From the IMG/VR virus record IMGVR_UViG_3300036766_001719: a stretch of 64,000 nucleotides of DNA; one strand, written 5' to 3'. The notes under the pieces were generated by a model. The model ran no database searches, was not told the origin of the DNA, and saw only the letters and a program-made list of their open reading frames with translations. Shown here piece by piece: positions 41,336 to 51,439 of the stretch. The position numbers were made by a program, and so were the translations under genes. Within the stretch, counting starts at the first letter, position 1; each line of letters starts with the position of its first letter. The stretch is from an uncultured virus (IMG/VR IMGVR_UViG_3300036766_001719) (lineage: Duplodnaviria; Heunggongvirae; Uroviricota; Caudoviricetes).

Positions 41336-42117
41336 GTTGTGTTATACTTTTGAACAAAGAAGCTACGTGTAGAAATACTCTAGAAGTATGTTGGTATTCT
41401 GAATATTTACATATAGATAGAACTGTAAGTGAAGGAGATAAAGTAAATATATGCGATAAAATAGGCACAATAGCTGATATTACTGCTTTTGATCCACGAT
41501 TACATTTTGGAATAGGAGATGGTGATCCTGACTGTTGGTACGACCCTCCTATTCCAGCTAGAATAATAGGGAATTTATTAAATTTTGACAATTTTTTTTG
41601 TTCTTTGAAAACTGGACCAATTCCTCATGTTGGAGAACGAACTCCTGGACCTGGACCTACTTCTACTTTTTTAACTGCTAAGCAAATCCAATTCATAAAA
41701 TGTAAAACTCAATCTTATAATTTTGTGCAAGGAAGAGAAATAAACAAACAAATTGCTCCACAACTTCCAATTGATATAAATAAAGGAAATTGGAAACTAC
41801 TTTTTGGCTCTCCTCTCCATTATGGATGTGAATATTATGCTTTAGATTGGTTTTTTGAGCCGTTTGATAAAATGATAGGAACAGACGTGTTTTGTGCTTG
41901 TGGAGGTTGCGATGTTAATTCTGTAGTTGTTTTTGCCAGAACTTTACCAGGAGGAATAGGAGATTTAGTAATAATTCAACATAGTAACTTTCCAAATTGC
42001 GAAGTTCCTCCATTACCTGATAGTTTATGGGATGACTTGGAAAATGTCCAACTATGCTGCCATAACCATACCCTTATAACTTCAGAAAATCCAAAACGAA
42101 ACATCAAATTAAATTAA
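41332..42117 (+). CDS. peptidase M23-like protein (degenerate or permuted)
   Basis: SEYLHI..VSEGDKV...IG...PRLHF; LH...YALD...GTDV. Confidence 0.45.
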   Translation: MSCVILLNKEATCRNTLEVCWYSEYLHIDRTVSEGDKVNICDKIGTIADITAFDPRLHFGIGDGDPDCWYDPPIPARIIGNLLNFDNFFCSLKTGPIPHVGERTPGPGPTSTFLTAKQIQFIKCKTQSYNFVQGREINKQIAPQLPIDINKGNWKLLFGSPLHYGCEYYALDWFFEPFDKMIGTDVFCACGGCDVNSVVVFARTLPGGIGDLVIIQHSNFPNCEVPPLPDSLWDDLENVQLCCHNHTLITSENPKRNIKLN

Positions 42118-42226
42118 TAGATATAATATGGGAGCATTCAAAGCCTGGCTGAATCAAAATGAAATGGCAACACGCCATATTAATCAATTTGGCCAACCCA
42201 TTTCATATTTACTTTCGGAAAATTGA

Positions 42227-43460
42227 AAGCAGCCACACTATGTAATGCTGTATGGAGAACCAGCATAACTTCACTTACAGGTTCAGGGTTTATCCGACCG
42301 TCGCCCAACGTGTCTTACTCGCCAAGCACTTCGGGGCGATCAGGTTCGTGTACAACCACTTTCTCGCCGCCAGAAAGGACAAGTACCTCAAGGCGAAGAA
42401 GTCGTCCAACTACTACGGTGACTGCAAGGACTTGACCGAGTTGAAGAAGACGCACTTGTGGATGAAGGAAGTGTACTCGCAGAGCCTCCAGTTCTCCTTG
42501 AAGTGTTTGGACGCCGCCTACAACAATTTCTTCGCAGGTAGAGGAAAGTTTCCTGTCTTCAAGAAGAAGTACAGTCACCAGTCCTTCCGTGTGCCTCAGA
42601 ACGTGAAGGTTGGTGACGACCATCTGTACGTTCCGAAGTTTCTGGAAGGCATCAAGATGGTGAAGCACCGTGATGTTGAGGGCGAGATCAAGTTTGCTAC
42701 CATCAGCAGGAACAGGAGCGGTCAGTACCATGTCAGCATCACGGTAGAGAGGAACATCAAGACATTGCCGAAGGTGAAGAAGGAAGTCGGCGTGGACTTG
42801 GGTATCAAGACGTTGGCGACTTGTAGTGATGGTACGGTGTACGAGAACATCAAACCGTACCGTACTCTTCGCCGCAGGATGAAGATGATCCAGCGACGGC
42901 AGAGTAGCAAGAAGAAAGGCAGCAAGAACAGAGAGCGAGCAAGGTACAAGTTAGCCAAGATACATCAGAAGATCAAGAACATTCGTCAGGATCATCTGCA
43001 CAAGACGACCACCAAGATAGTGAACGAAAACCAAGTCATCTATCTGGAGACGTTGAACGTGCAGGGCATGATGAAGAACCATTGTCTTGCAGGAGCGATT
43101 GCTGACGCTGCGTTCTACGAGACGAAGAGGATGATCCAGTACAAGGCTGATTGGTATGGTCGGCGTGTGGTGCATTTGGATCGTTGGTTTCCGAGCAGTA
43201 AAACGTGTTCGGAGTGTGGTTGGATCAAGCAAGACCTTCGCCTCAAGGATCGGACATGGACGTGTTCTCGTTGTGGGACGGAGCATGATCGTGACTTGAA
43301 TGCAGCGAAGATGATCTTGAAACAAGGCAAAATAGAGAGTAAACTACCTGTGGAACGCAGGGAAGTAAAGCGTATGGACTCAGGAAGAAAACCGACTGAA
43401 CTATCAGTCGGCTGAGGTTGAAATACGAAGCCGCTCCCCTTTAGGGGAGCGGTAGTTCAC
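42227..43460 (+). mobile_element. non-autonomous IS200/IS605-family (tnpB-only) element
   Basis: GC and codon shift; right-end hairpin CCGCTCCCC-TTTA-GGGGAGCGG then TAGTTCAC; left boundary approximate. Confidence 0.8.
42252..43415 (+). CDS. tnpB: RNA-guided endonuclease TnpB
   Basis: TYRFRVYPT HTH; RuvC GVDLG, LETL, DRDLNAA; CSEC...CSRC. Confidence 0.95.
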   Translation: MENQHNFTYRFRVYPTVAQRVLLAKHFGAIRFVYNHFLAARKDKYLKAKKSSNYYGDCKDLTELKKTHLWMKEVYSQSLQFSLKCLDAAYNNFFAGRGKFPVFKKKYSHQSFRVPQNVKVGDDHLYVPKFLEGIKMVKHRDVEGEIKFATISRNRSGQYHVSITVERNIKTLPKVKKEVGVDLGIKTLATCSDGTVYENIKPYRTLRRRMKMIQRRQSSKKKGSKNRERARYKLAKIHQKIKNIRQDHLHKTTTKIVNENQVIYLETLNVQGMMKNHCLAGAIADAAFYETKRMIQYKADWYGRRVVHLDRWFPSSKTCSECGWIKQDLRLKDRTWTCSRCGTEHDRDLNAAKMILKQGKIESKLPVERREVKRMDSGRKPTELSVG

Positions 43461-44519
43461 AAGAGCCAAAACAGAAATGCAACAAGCTGTTCATGTGTTG
43501 CAAAAATCAATCTATGATACTGATCCCAATTCGCCACAGCCTACAGAAAGTGAAATCACAGTGATGATTGCTCGTTTAATTGACTTATTAGCAGTACAAA
43601 GAGTCCTAACATTAAGTCCAGGTGATTTAGATGATTCCAAAAAAGTAGCACTCACTGGTTTTAATGCATATGATGAAGTTTATTTTGATTTACTGCCAGC
43701 CTTCGTGAACGCTAGAGGAAGATTGAATCTATATCCTAGAGGCATTGGGAAAGTAGCTCAATTTGATAGAACACAAGCAATTCAACCCAATCCAGAAGTA
43801 ATTACTAAAAAACAAGTTCGACCTTATGTTTGGGAAAAAATGGCATCTGATAAAGCAGCTTGGATGAAAGTTTCAGAAATTATGACTAGAATAATTATAG
43901 AATGCTTGCATTCATCTACTTGGGCTAAAAAAGGCGGACCAATTTATCCATATCAAAAAATAACTACTAAACCCTAATTATATGGTTTCTTCAACCCATG
44001 TAGCACTTTCAGGAACTTTTTCTTCTATAATCTCCTTTATATCACTAACATATCGTAACTGAGAGTATTCATAAATTTCTTTTAATATTTTCAACATCTT
44101 CTCATTTTTATTATATAAAAATATAACAGACCAAGATACCATCAATGCATATAAGAACAACAACAAAATTAACCCAATTATTAATCCATTCATTGCTTCA
44201 TTAATTTCAGTTTCCATACTCACTCCTCAAAACGAACTTTAACACTTTCTGCTAACGATGCAATCTTACCACCAAGACTTCTTTGATTTTGATCCTTCTT
44301 TTCAGCACACCGCCTACAAAATCTTACTCTTGAAGGATCGGGAGATAAAAATTGTTTATCACACCAGCCCAAACATTTTACCATCACAGCATTCCTTCTC
44401 ATTTAATGTCTCCTAATGATGTGTATTGCCATGAAAAATGCCCCAAACAATCAACGCAATCAGGGCAAGAATGGCAGTAATTGGTTTGGCAACTGCAAAC
44501 AAATTAATCATACATCCTC

Positions 44520-44548
44520 CTTATAACTTCTAAAAATCAATTTGTCAA
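44520..44548 (-). promoter_or_regulatory. sigma-70-like promoter
   Basis: TTGACA-N17-TATAAG followed by GGAGG. Confidence 0.6.
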
Positions 44549-44553
44549 TGCCC

Positions 44554-45711
44554 TCACTTATCAAAATATTCGTGCAATTTCTCCTCAACTTCCAAAAAAA
44601 CAGTTTGCCAGTCTCCTTGTTTTGGCTGTATTACTTTACTCATTGTCGGATACCACTGTTTTTGCCATCGCCATTCATGATGATATGGCAATAATATCCA
44701 AACCTGCCTTCCTAATGCCCCAGCCAAATGCGCAATAGCCGTATCTACCGTTATTACCAAATCTAATTCATTAATCGCTAATGCAGTTTCATTAAAATCC
44801 TTAATCTTAAGAGCTAAATCAATATACTCTACCTCCGAACCTTCCAATAAATTAACATCATAATTCTTCTGACTGTCTTCATCCCACCACTTCCTTTTCA
44901 TATTGCCGATCTGCAAACTAAAAAGCTGAAAATCTTCAAGTTTAGAAATAGAATTAAAGTGCCTCAAATAACATGATCTATTCGCATCATTATTGTTTTT
45001 CTCATTACCGGCCCATATTATTCCTATCTTCCATTTTTTAGAAGTATCTGTAAATTTCTCCCCTTCCCATTTTGCTTGAATATAAGGAACTTTTAAAGGA
45101 ATATTATCTAATTCTTTGTCAAAAAGATATGTAAAACTATTCAAAGATACAACATAATCATGCTCTGGCAGTGTTAGCCCTGTAGTTTTCAAGTTAGTAA
45201 ATGTCTTTACAAACTCTGCCACTCTCTGCTTCATATTTGTTTCTATTATTTCATCCGCAAGTCCTTCAAGTAATTTTTTGAGTTCTGACTTTACCTCTAG
45301 AATAATGTAAACCCCCAGCTTTTTAAGTTCTGGAAGATACCTGCAAAAGTTAATGGCATCTCCAAAACCCGCCTCATTAAAAACTAGAATTCTCTTACCA
45401 GTCAAATCTTGACCAGTCCAAAGAGGCTTTTTATAGCATTGTCTTAATTTAGGATATATTTCAAATACTAGAGGATTAATTTCAATCTCTGGAAGGATGT
45501 TTTTGTCAGATAAGAATTGAAATCTACGGTCGTTCTGCTCAAGACCTTCTCTGTATCGACCCATAACAAGAAGTGTTTCTGTCAGGAAATGACGTGTAAC
45601 TGAACAATCAGGATTAAGTCGATTTGATTCTAAGAAAAACTCACATGCTTCTTTGTATTTCTTCTCTTTGTAAAATGCTAATCCATATTTAATGCAGGTA
45701 TATTGATCCAT
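44554..45711 (-). CDS. TPR + glycosyltransferase family 9-like protein (paralog of 25103..26407)
   Basis: EAGFGDAINF, IGIIWAGN, DLVITVDTAIAHLAGALG. Confidence 0.85.
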   Translation of the reverse strand: MDQYTCIKYGLAFYKEKKYKEACEFFLESNRLNPDCSVTRHFLTETLLVMGRYREGLEQNDRRFQFLSDKNILPEIEINPLVFEIYPKLRQCYKKPLWTGQDLTGKRILVFNEAGFGDAINFCRYLPELKKLGVYIILEVKSELKKLLEGLADEIIETNMKQRVAEFVKTFTNLKTTGLTLPEHDYVVSLNSFTYLFDKELDNIPLKVPYIQAKWEGEKFTDTSKKWKIGIIWAGNEKNNNDANRSCYLRHFNSISKLEDFQLFSLQIGNMKRKWWDEDSQKNYDVNLLEGSEVEYIDLALKIKDFNETALAINELDLVITVDTAIAHLAGALGRQVWILLPYHHEWRWQKQWYPTMSKVIQPKQGDWQTVFLEVEEKLHEYFDK

Positions 45712-45727
45712 GTATTAATAGAGTATT

Positions 45728-46063
45728 TCATCGCCATACTTCCTTCTCAGCCTCTAACCAAAAATTAATACCATCACCTTGAGGATATCCTGCTAATTCC
45801 CATTTCTGATATGCTAATTCACGAATCTTACTGGATTCACTGTCTTTATATTGCCTATATTCTTTATCCATTTCTTCATTAGCAAAAATTATAGCACCAC
45901 CTAATGTCCCATCTGTTTTTTCCCGTAATTCCTTTAATTGTTTTTCAACCATTTCAGGAGAACCAAATGGGAAGCATGTAGCATCCATTAACAAGTCGTC
46001 CCATTGATCTTCTGGCAATTCTGGATACCACTTCTTGACAGCTTCTACACACTTCTCGCACAT
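45728..46063 (-). CDS. DUF2934-domain protein
   Basis: C-terminal IRELAYQKWELAGYPQGDGINFWLEAE. Confidence 0.75.
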   Translation of the reverse strand: MCEKCVEAVKKWYPELPEDQWDDLLMDATCFPFGSPEMVEKQLKELREKTDGTLGGAIIFANEEMDKEYRQYKDSESSKIRELAYQKWELAGYPQGDGINFWLEAEKEVWR

Positions 46064-46489
46064 ATATCACCAAATAAGTGAAGTATCTTGCCAAATATCA
46101 ATCTTGCAAACTCTGTGATTCCTTGGCCCTTTTAAATCTCGACCTTTAATTAACTCACAAAAAACCCTCCTAGCCTTATCTAAATCAAATGTGCCTTTTG
46201 TGCCTGTCTCATCAGAACAATATTGATCTATCTCAACATTTTCCCATTCATCTTTTTCATTCCTACTTTGAACAATGTAAATTTCATATTTGCCGTCATA
46301 TGGCATCATCTTTAGATTCCTTCTCTACAGGACAGTCACACTTGTCAACCCATTCATTACATAAATAAATATCCATAATCGTGCCACATTCACTACACTC
46401 TACCCTATCATCCTCATTAACACTTCCAACTGTCTGAAAGTTGTTTTTGCACTTAGGGCAAATGTAATGATCTAATGTTCTCCCCATTG

Positions 46490-46969
46490 CTAATCTTTCT
46501 TGTAAAGCTTATTGTAATATCCCTTTAGCCCTGCCACAAATCTAAGATTAGGCTCAATATCAGGATTAATAGCGCCCAATTTATCCAATGCCTGCTGCAC
46601 CGTTAAAGCATACTTCTTAATCAGGAAAGCAGCTACAACCATCACACTTCTCGATCTTCCAGCTAAACAATGCACATAAACATTTTTACCCATCTTTAGA
46701 AAATGTTCAACTACCCCAACAGCACTTTCAAGCCAAATATCCCCAGGATAATAACCATCCTCAATAGGCATCCAAACTTGAGCAAACCTGTTAGGATCAA
46801 TTAAAACCGCATCGAATGGAGGGTTAAGAGAAAGCACTGCATCTATTTCTTCCGGCAAATACCTTCTTTGACCACCTTGATACAAACCCTCTTCTATTAA
46901 ATACATCTTTAATTCTTCTTTTTCATTCATCTTCTTCCTCATTTTTCTCTTCCTCATTTTCTTCCTCAA
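46490..46969 (-). CDS. dual-specificity protein phosphatase
   Basis: VYVHCLAGRSRS, PNLRF. Confidence 0.9.
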   Translation of the reverse strand: MRKKMRKRKMRKKMNEKEELKMYLIEEGLYQGGQRRYLPEEIDAVLSLNPPFDAVLIDPNRFAQVWMPIEDGYYPGDIWLESAVGVVEHFLKMGKNVYVHCLAGRSRSVMVVAAFLIKKYALTVQQALDKLGAINPDIEPNLRFVAGLKGYYNKLYKKD

Positions 46970-47834
46970 ATCCCAATGCAGACGCTACATCAGGATGAAA
47001 CTTTATCTTATATTTGCCTTCCTCTTTCTTGTTTTCCTCTTCATCCTCTTTATCTAATCCCAATTCCTTCTTAACATCTTCCCAAGGAATTGTTTTTACG
47101 GTTCCAGAATCAATTTCCTCCATCCTCCGCCCCATCTCCTCAATAAATTCAGCATTCTCAGCAGGACCACCCATGAAAGAAATATCATAGTAAATCGCAT
47201 CCAATACATCCAATAAACTAAATTCCTTCTCCGCTTTAAGTAAGTTAGCTGGTTGTTTTTCTTTATAAGGATATGGTTCGTAAATAGTAAATTCTTTATT
47301 CAAGTTGACTGGAAGATCAGCAAGTTTCCACATTGGACTATAAGAAACGCTGTACTGAATGCAGCCATCTTCTGTACGATAAGCTGGATTGTCCTCTTTA
47401 CCTTTAGGGGCAGGGCCAATTCCGTGAAACCCACAATAAGAATCAAAACAAGCCGTTCTTATCTTGGTTTTATGCCCGCCAATATGCTTGATAGTCTCAT
47501 TGTAAAGATGCACTTCGGGACACCAATAAATCTCTAAACGCCTGAGAGGATCAGTGTCGGTCGGATCATCTCTCATCGGTTCTTCCGCTTGGGCATGAAA
47601 TTCATCAATTTGCTTGCACCAGGAATATTGAGAAATGATTAATTTGAGTAATTTGTATTTTTCGACACCGTGAAAAATGTCTTTGAGAGTTGTACCTTCT
47701 TTGATTTTACATTCATCACGGAGATGAGTAAGGATGGAAAGTTTCTTGGGACGCTGACGAACATACTTCTTACGCTCAGGATTATACTTGTAAAGCATAA
47801 TACCCTTCGGCTCTAATTGAATGTACTCAGACAT
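46923..47834 (-). CDS. hypothetical protein with acidic tail
   Basis: AGGAG RBS; 303 aa. Confidence 0.7.
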   Translation of the reverse strand: MSEYIQLEPKGIMLYKYNPERKKYVRQRPKKLSILTHLRDECKIKEGTTLKDIFHGVEKYKLLKLIISQYSWCKQIDEFHAQAEEPMRDDPTDTDPLRRLEIYWCPEVHLYNETIKHIGGHKTKIRTACFDSYCGFHGIGPAPKGKEDNPAYRTEDGCIQYSVSYSPMWKLADLPVNLNKEFTIYEPYPYKEKQPANLLKAEKEFSLLDVLDAIYYDISFMGGPAENAEFIEEMGRRMEEIDSGTVKTIPWEDVKKELGLDKEDEEENKKEEGKYKIKFHPDVASALGFEEENEEEKNEEEDE

Positions 47835-47875
47835 TTGTTTCTCCTATTGGATTAAAATATCATAGCCAACTTGGA

Positions 47876-48223
47876 TCATTTACAAGTATTATAGTGTCTC
47901 TCATTCCAGTGTTCAATCATATGACAATTAGCACATAAGACGACACATTTAGCAATCTCGGCAAGTATAATCTCCTTTTTATATCCCGATCTTACTAAAT
48001 CAGTTACGTCGCCCATCTTAGTAGAAGAATCAATATGATGAAATTGAAGGCAAGCCGGATGATTTTGTCCACATTTACAACATTTCAATGTTGTTTTTAA
48101 TTCATAAAACCACTTCGCTTTTTCTAGCCGTCTTTGATATTGATTATTTTTATATCTAGATTTATTTTCCCTATAGTTCTTCCTTTGCGCAGAAAGTTGC
48201 TGTTCTCTATTTTTATATGGCAT
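47876..48223 (-). CDS. HNH endonuclease
   Basis: CCKCG...LQFHH...KCVVLCANCH...H. Confidence 0.85.
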   Translation of the reverse strand: MPYKNREQQLSAQRKNYRENKSRYKNNQYQRRLEKAKWFYELKTTLKCCKCGQNHPACLQFHHIDSSTKMGDVTDLVRSGYKKEIILAEIAKCVVLCANCHMIEHWNERHYNTCK

Positions 48224-48273
48224 ACATTAATATAGGTTCAATTAATAAAAAATAATTGAACCTATATTAAAAG

Positions 48274-48378
48274 ATTACTGGCTCTGCTTGAAGTTCGGCT
48301 ACCTTCGGTTCAAGCCCCGTAACGGAGTCGTAATTATGCTGTGGCACCACTCGTCCGCTCGTCAACTGGCCAGCAATC
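48274..48378 (-). ncRNA. unidentified structured RNA
   Basis: GC-rich; 10-bp closing stem GATTGCTGGC/GCCAGTAATC; internal GCTTGAA/TTCAAGC stem; directly 3' of tRNA-Asn. Confidence 0.5.
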
Positions 48379-48380
48379 AT

Positions 48381-48453
48381 AGGCTAGGGTGGGATTCGGA
48401 CCCACATACCATCACTTTAACAAAGTGCCGCTCCGCCGTTGAGCTACCTAGCC
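48381..48453 (-). tRNA. tRNA-Asn(GTT)
   Basis: GGCTAGG/CCTAGCC acceptor; loop TTGTTAA; T arm GTGGG TCCGAAT CCCAC. Confidence 0.85.
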
Positions 48454-48918
48454 ATTCATAACCCTAACGATTTCATCGCCTCTGCTACACTTTCCTTAAA
48501 CTTTGGATCATCGCAAATTTTTTGTGCATTCTCTAAATATTCCCGACTTACCCACATCCAAGGCTCTTGAGTTTTCAAACTAACAGCAAATGGAATCATA
48601 TTTCCATCGCACATCAAATCGCCATCTTTAACCTTCTTTTTCCAACGATCCCTTGTTTCTTCCCACTCCTCATCTGTCATGATTAATCCTCATACGCCTT
48701 CTCTAAATACTCTTCTCTTGTCAATCTTTTCACTGATTCCACAAAAGGAACATCATTGCTAATTAAATGCTTCGTTCTTACTGCGTCCGATATTACCCGA
48801 TGATCCGACATCTCTAAAACAGCATAATAATACACATCATAACTGCCACCCCTGCCATGATTTATGTGTATTCTCCAGTAATACATAAAAAACTAATATT
48901 CCACTCTAAATACCTACA

Positions 48919-49275
48919 ATGAACTTTTATGAATTACACGCACTAATCGAGTCTGACCAAAACGAAGGTCTTGGAAATTGGATTAGTAACTTTGGGAATG
49001 CCCGACCACAAAATTACAGCAGTAATCCGCAAATAAATGCTTCAAAATCCAAATTCATCTCAGATAACGCAGGTACTTTCCAAAAAGAACAACCCATAAT
49101 TCAATGGGTTCAGTCTATCCCCGATGAAAACTGGCCGCTCGCCAATTGTCTAGTCCAACAATGGGGATTAAATTATCTTCAAGATATTACAAGTTACTTG
49201 AAAGGCGGCGGAAAACAGTTAAGCACCTTTGCTATGCAATGCAGACACCTTGCCCCACAAGCTAAGACGGCTTAA
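48919..49275 (+). CDS. hypothetical protein
   Basis: Counter-oriented ORF behind CTAAATA. Confidence 0.6.
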   Translation: MNFYELHALIESDQNEGLGNWISNFGNARPQNYSSNPQINASKSKFISDNAGTFQKEQPIIQWVQSIPDENWPLANCLVQQWGLNYLQDITSYLKGGGKQLSTFAMQCRHLAPQAKTA

Positions 49276-49434
49276 ACACATCCCATTCTTTGAGTTCTTT
49301 ATCCCTTAATTCTATAGTTCTTACAGCCGTAATTCTATCCCCAAAATTAGCCGAAACTATATAAACCATCTCTGCATGTGCTTTGTTTTGAATAATGTCG
49401 CCGGGACCGACCTTTTTAAGATCATCTTTAGTCA

Positions 49435-49731
49435 TTAACGGCCCCTCTTAATCGGCTTTTGTTTTTTCTCAGCAGGATTAAATACTTTAAGTTCGGCTTT
49501 TTCCACTACATATCTTTCAATAATCCCAAGACCTTTTCTGTCAAATACAATAACCGATCTGCCTGCCTCTTTAGATTCTTGTTCCGCTTTTGCTTTAACT
49601 TGATCTAACCTATCTGATTCATAAAAATCTTTATAGCAAGTCTCATCTTTTTTATCTTGAATAGAAGCCACATAACGAGGCAAAACTTCTACAACTTCCT
49701 CCACTACTACTTCTTTATTCTTCTTTGCCAT
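49435..49731 (-). CDS. hypothetical protein
   Basis: ORF in operon. Confidence 0.55.
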   Translation of the reverse strand: MAKKNKEVVVEEVVEVLPRYVASIQDKKDETCYKDFYESDRLDQVKAKAEQESKEAGRSVIVFDRKGLGIIERYVVEKAELKVFNPAEKKQKPIKRGR

Positions 49732-50032
49732 TTGTAGTTTCTTTTCTAGTTCTCTCTACTATTTTGTTAAAACCCCTCATTAAGTGATGCTTTTTATCAA
49801 AACAATCATCACAGATATAAGCTTCAATCTCATCAGAACCTAAAAGCCTATCCTGTAACGTCTCGTCAAACCCATAATGTCCAAATCCTTTACATTGATC
49901 GTGCTTAGAGCCATAGTGGAATTCTACATAGATGAATCCAGCATCATCAATGAGGCCAGATTCACTAAGTTGAAGGTCTTTCTCGCAAAGTAAGCATTTT
50001 ACTTTCATGGTTTCACTTGTATTTTGCGTCAA
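49715..50032 (-). CDS. zinc-binding hypothetical protein
   Basis: CLLC...FHYGSKHD...ICDDC. Confidence 0.6.
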   Translation of the reverse strand: MTQNTSETMKVKCLLCEKDLQLSESGLIDDAGFIYVEFHYGSKHDQCKGFGHYGFDETLQDRLLGSDEIEAYICDDCFDKKHHLMRGFNKIVERTRKETTNGKEE

Positions 50033-50245
50033 TAGATTCTTGAGTTTTTGCCGATACTACAATGTTTTTCTTATCATAATAAAGTCTAACAATATTCTTC
50101 TCTAATGTGATTGCAGGCGTAATCTGACCTTCAGGCCAAGTTTCAGGTTCTAGCCCATAAGATTTCACAAGCTTTTCAGCCTCTTTTACGGAAAGACCGA
50201 TAAGTTCTTTAAGGTCTAGAACCAAATTCTTGACTTTTTTCTTTT

Positions 50246-50746
50246 TCATAGTTTCACGAAAGAATCTTCAGTTAAAAGTGCTATAAATTCCATCAACCAT
50301 TGATATTGATGACTTTTAACATCAATATGGTATTTCTCAATGCCTACATCCTTGATCCAGTCTTTAACGCTAGAACCAAATTCTTGACTTCGAGCCAAAA
50401 GATCACAGGCCATTTCTGCAATGTCTATCTCGCCCATGTTATTAAAGCCACCATGATGTTCAGGATGATGGCTATTAGTCTCTACATGCTGTTTAACCGC
50501 CAATTCAAGTTTCTCCCTTGGCGTATCTTTACCAGCATGAAGATAATCCCACTCAATGCCTGCAAATTTACTAGCATCATGAACAAAGATATTACCTATT
50601 AGAATGCGTCCAAATTCTTTTCTCCCTTGAGCCATAAGTCGCTTGCCTAAAAGCAAGCCCGCTTCTCTTACTAATTCAATATGCCTAACTAAATTGTCCA
50701 AATGTTCTTCTACAGTAAACATATACCCTTCTATAAAGGAGGGCAA
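50246..50746 (-). CDS. HD-like domain protein (DUF5662-like)
   Basis: RHIELV...HDASKF...HVETNSHHPEH...EMACD; start likely 50722. Confidence 0.7.
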   Translation of the reverse strand: MPSFIEGYMFTVEEHLDNLVRHIELVREAGLLLGKRLMAQGRKEFGRILIGNIFVHDASKFAGIEWDYLHAGKDTPREKLELAVKQHVETNSHHPEHHGGFNNMGEIDIAEMACDLLARSQEFGSSVKDWIKDVGIEKYHIDVKSHQYQWLMEFIALLTEDSFVKL

Positions 50747-50795
50747 AGTCGGGGTGTCCCCGATTCTCCGGTCGCTTCGCCCATTTTGTTAATGA

Positions 50796-51374
50796 CTATC
50801 TATAATTAGCCACTGCCTTGCAAAACTCTATTAAAAAACTTCCAGGATATTGATTTTTGGCTATATTAGCAATATAGCAAACATACTGAATGTTATCCGG
50901 CAAATATCCTTTAGAAGAATCAATTCTATCAATGCTGGCCTTACGAGGATTATACCTATTCTGCTTTTCTATAGCACTACACGTAGAACTACTCTTAGGC
51001 AAATACATCTCCCAACCAGTATAAGGACAAATGCCTTTTTGTTTTTCCCATTGATCCTTCAAATCTCGTAAAGATATTGATACTTCTCCTAGTCGTTGTT
51101 CTTTACTTCTTGCATGTCTCTTCATATGTTTCAAATGATTCTTAAATGGAGAAAACTCATCAACCTTTTTACGACACTTTAATATTCTTTCAGTATTTTC
51201 TTCTATATGTTGCTTGCCATATTCAATTAGATGTTCACAAGACTGTTTCCCTCCACATGCTAAAGAGCAAAAGTTCCTGCGACCTACTCTTTGTGATCTT
51301 TTATACTCAGCTTGTCTTCTTTGAAATTCTTTTCCGCAATTTTCACAAACCAAATCAACTAAACTTTGTCCCAT
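50796..51374 (-). CDS. HNH-type homing endonuclease
   Basis: CENCG...FCS..C; QKGICPYTG, ASIDRIDSSKGY..DNIQ...N..K. Confidence 0.85.
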   Translation of the reverse strand: MGQSLVDLVCENCGKEFQRRQAEYKRSQRVGRRNFCSLACGGKQSCEHLIEYGKQHIEENTERILKCRKKVDEFSPFKNHLKHMKRHARSKEQRLGEVSISLRDLKDQWEKQKGICPYTGWEMYLPKSSSTCSAIEKQNRYNPRKASIDRIDSSKGYLPDNIQYVCYIANIAKNQYPGSFLIEFCKAVANYR

Positions 51375-51439
51375 AATTATAATCTCCTCACTTAAAATAG
51401 TAAGGAGATTATTTTTTTATGGAGACGGAGCAAATAAAG

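Larger units (their letters stand above)
42128..43977 (+). pseudogene. gene interrupted by the IS605-family element
   Basis: 5' fragment MGAFKAWLNQNEM... at 42128; 3' part resumes at 43461 in frame with ORF 43477..43977. Confidence 0.6.

Noticed and set aside
42315..43330. Several minus-strand ORFs inside tnpB
   Set aside because: Shadows in a GC-richer element
42227..43460. IStron (group I intron plus tnpB)
   Set aside because: Only about 25-60 nt precede tnpB, leaving no room for an intron core
48274..48378. SRP RNA or hammerhead assignment
   Set aside because: Lacks the SRP CAGG/AGCA symmetric loop and the hammerhead CUGANGA/GAAA pair
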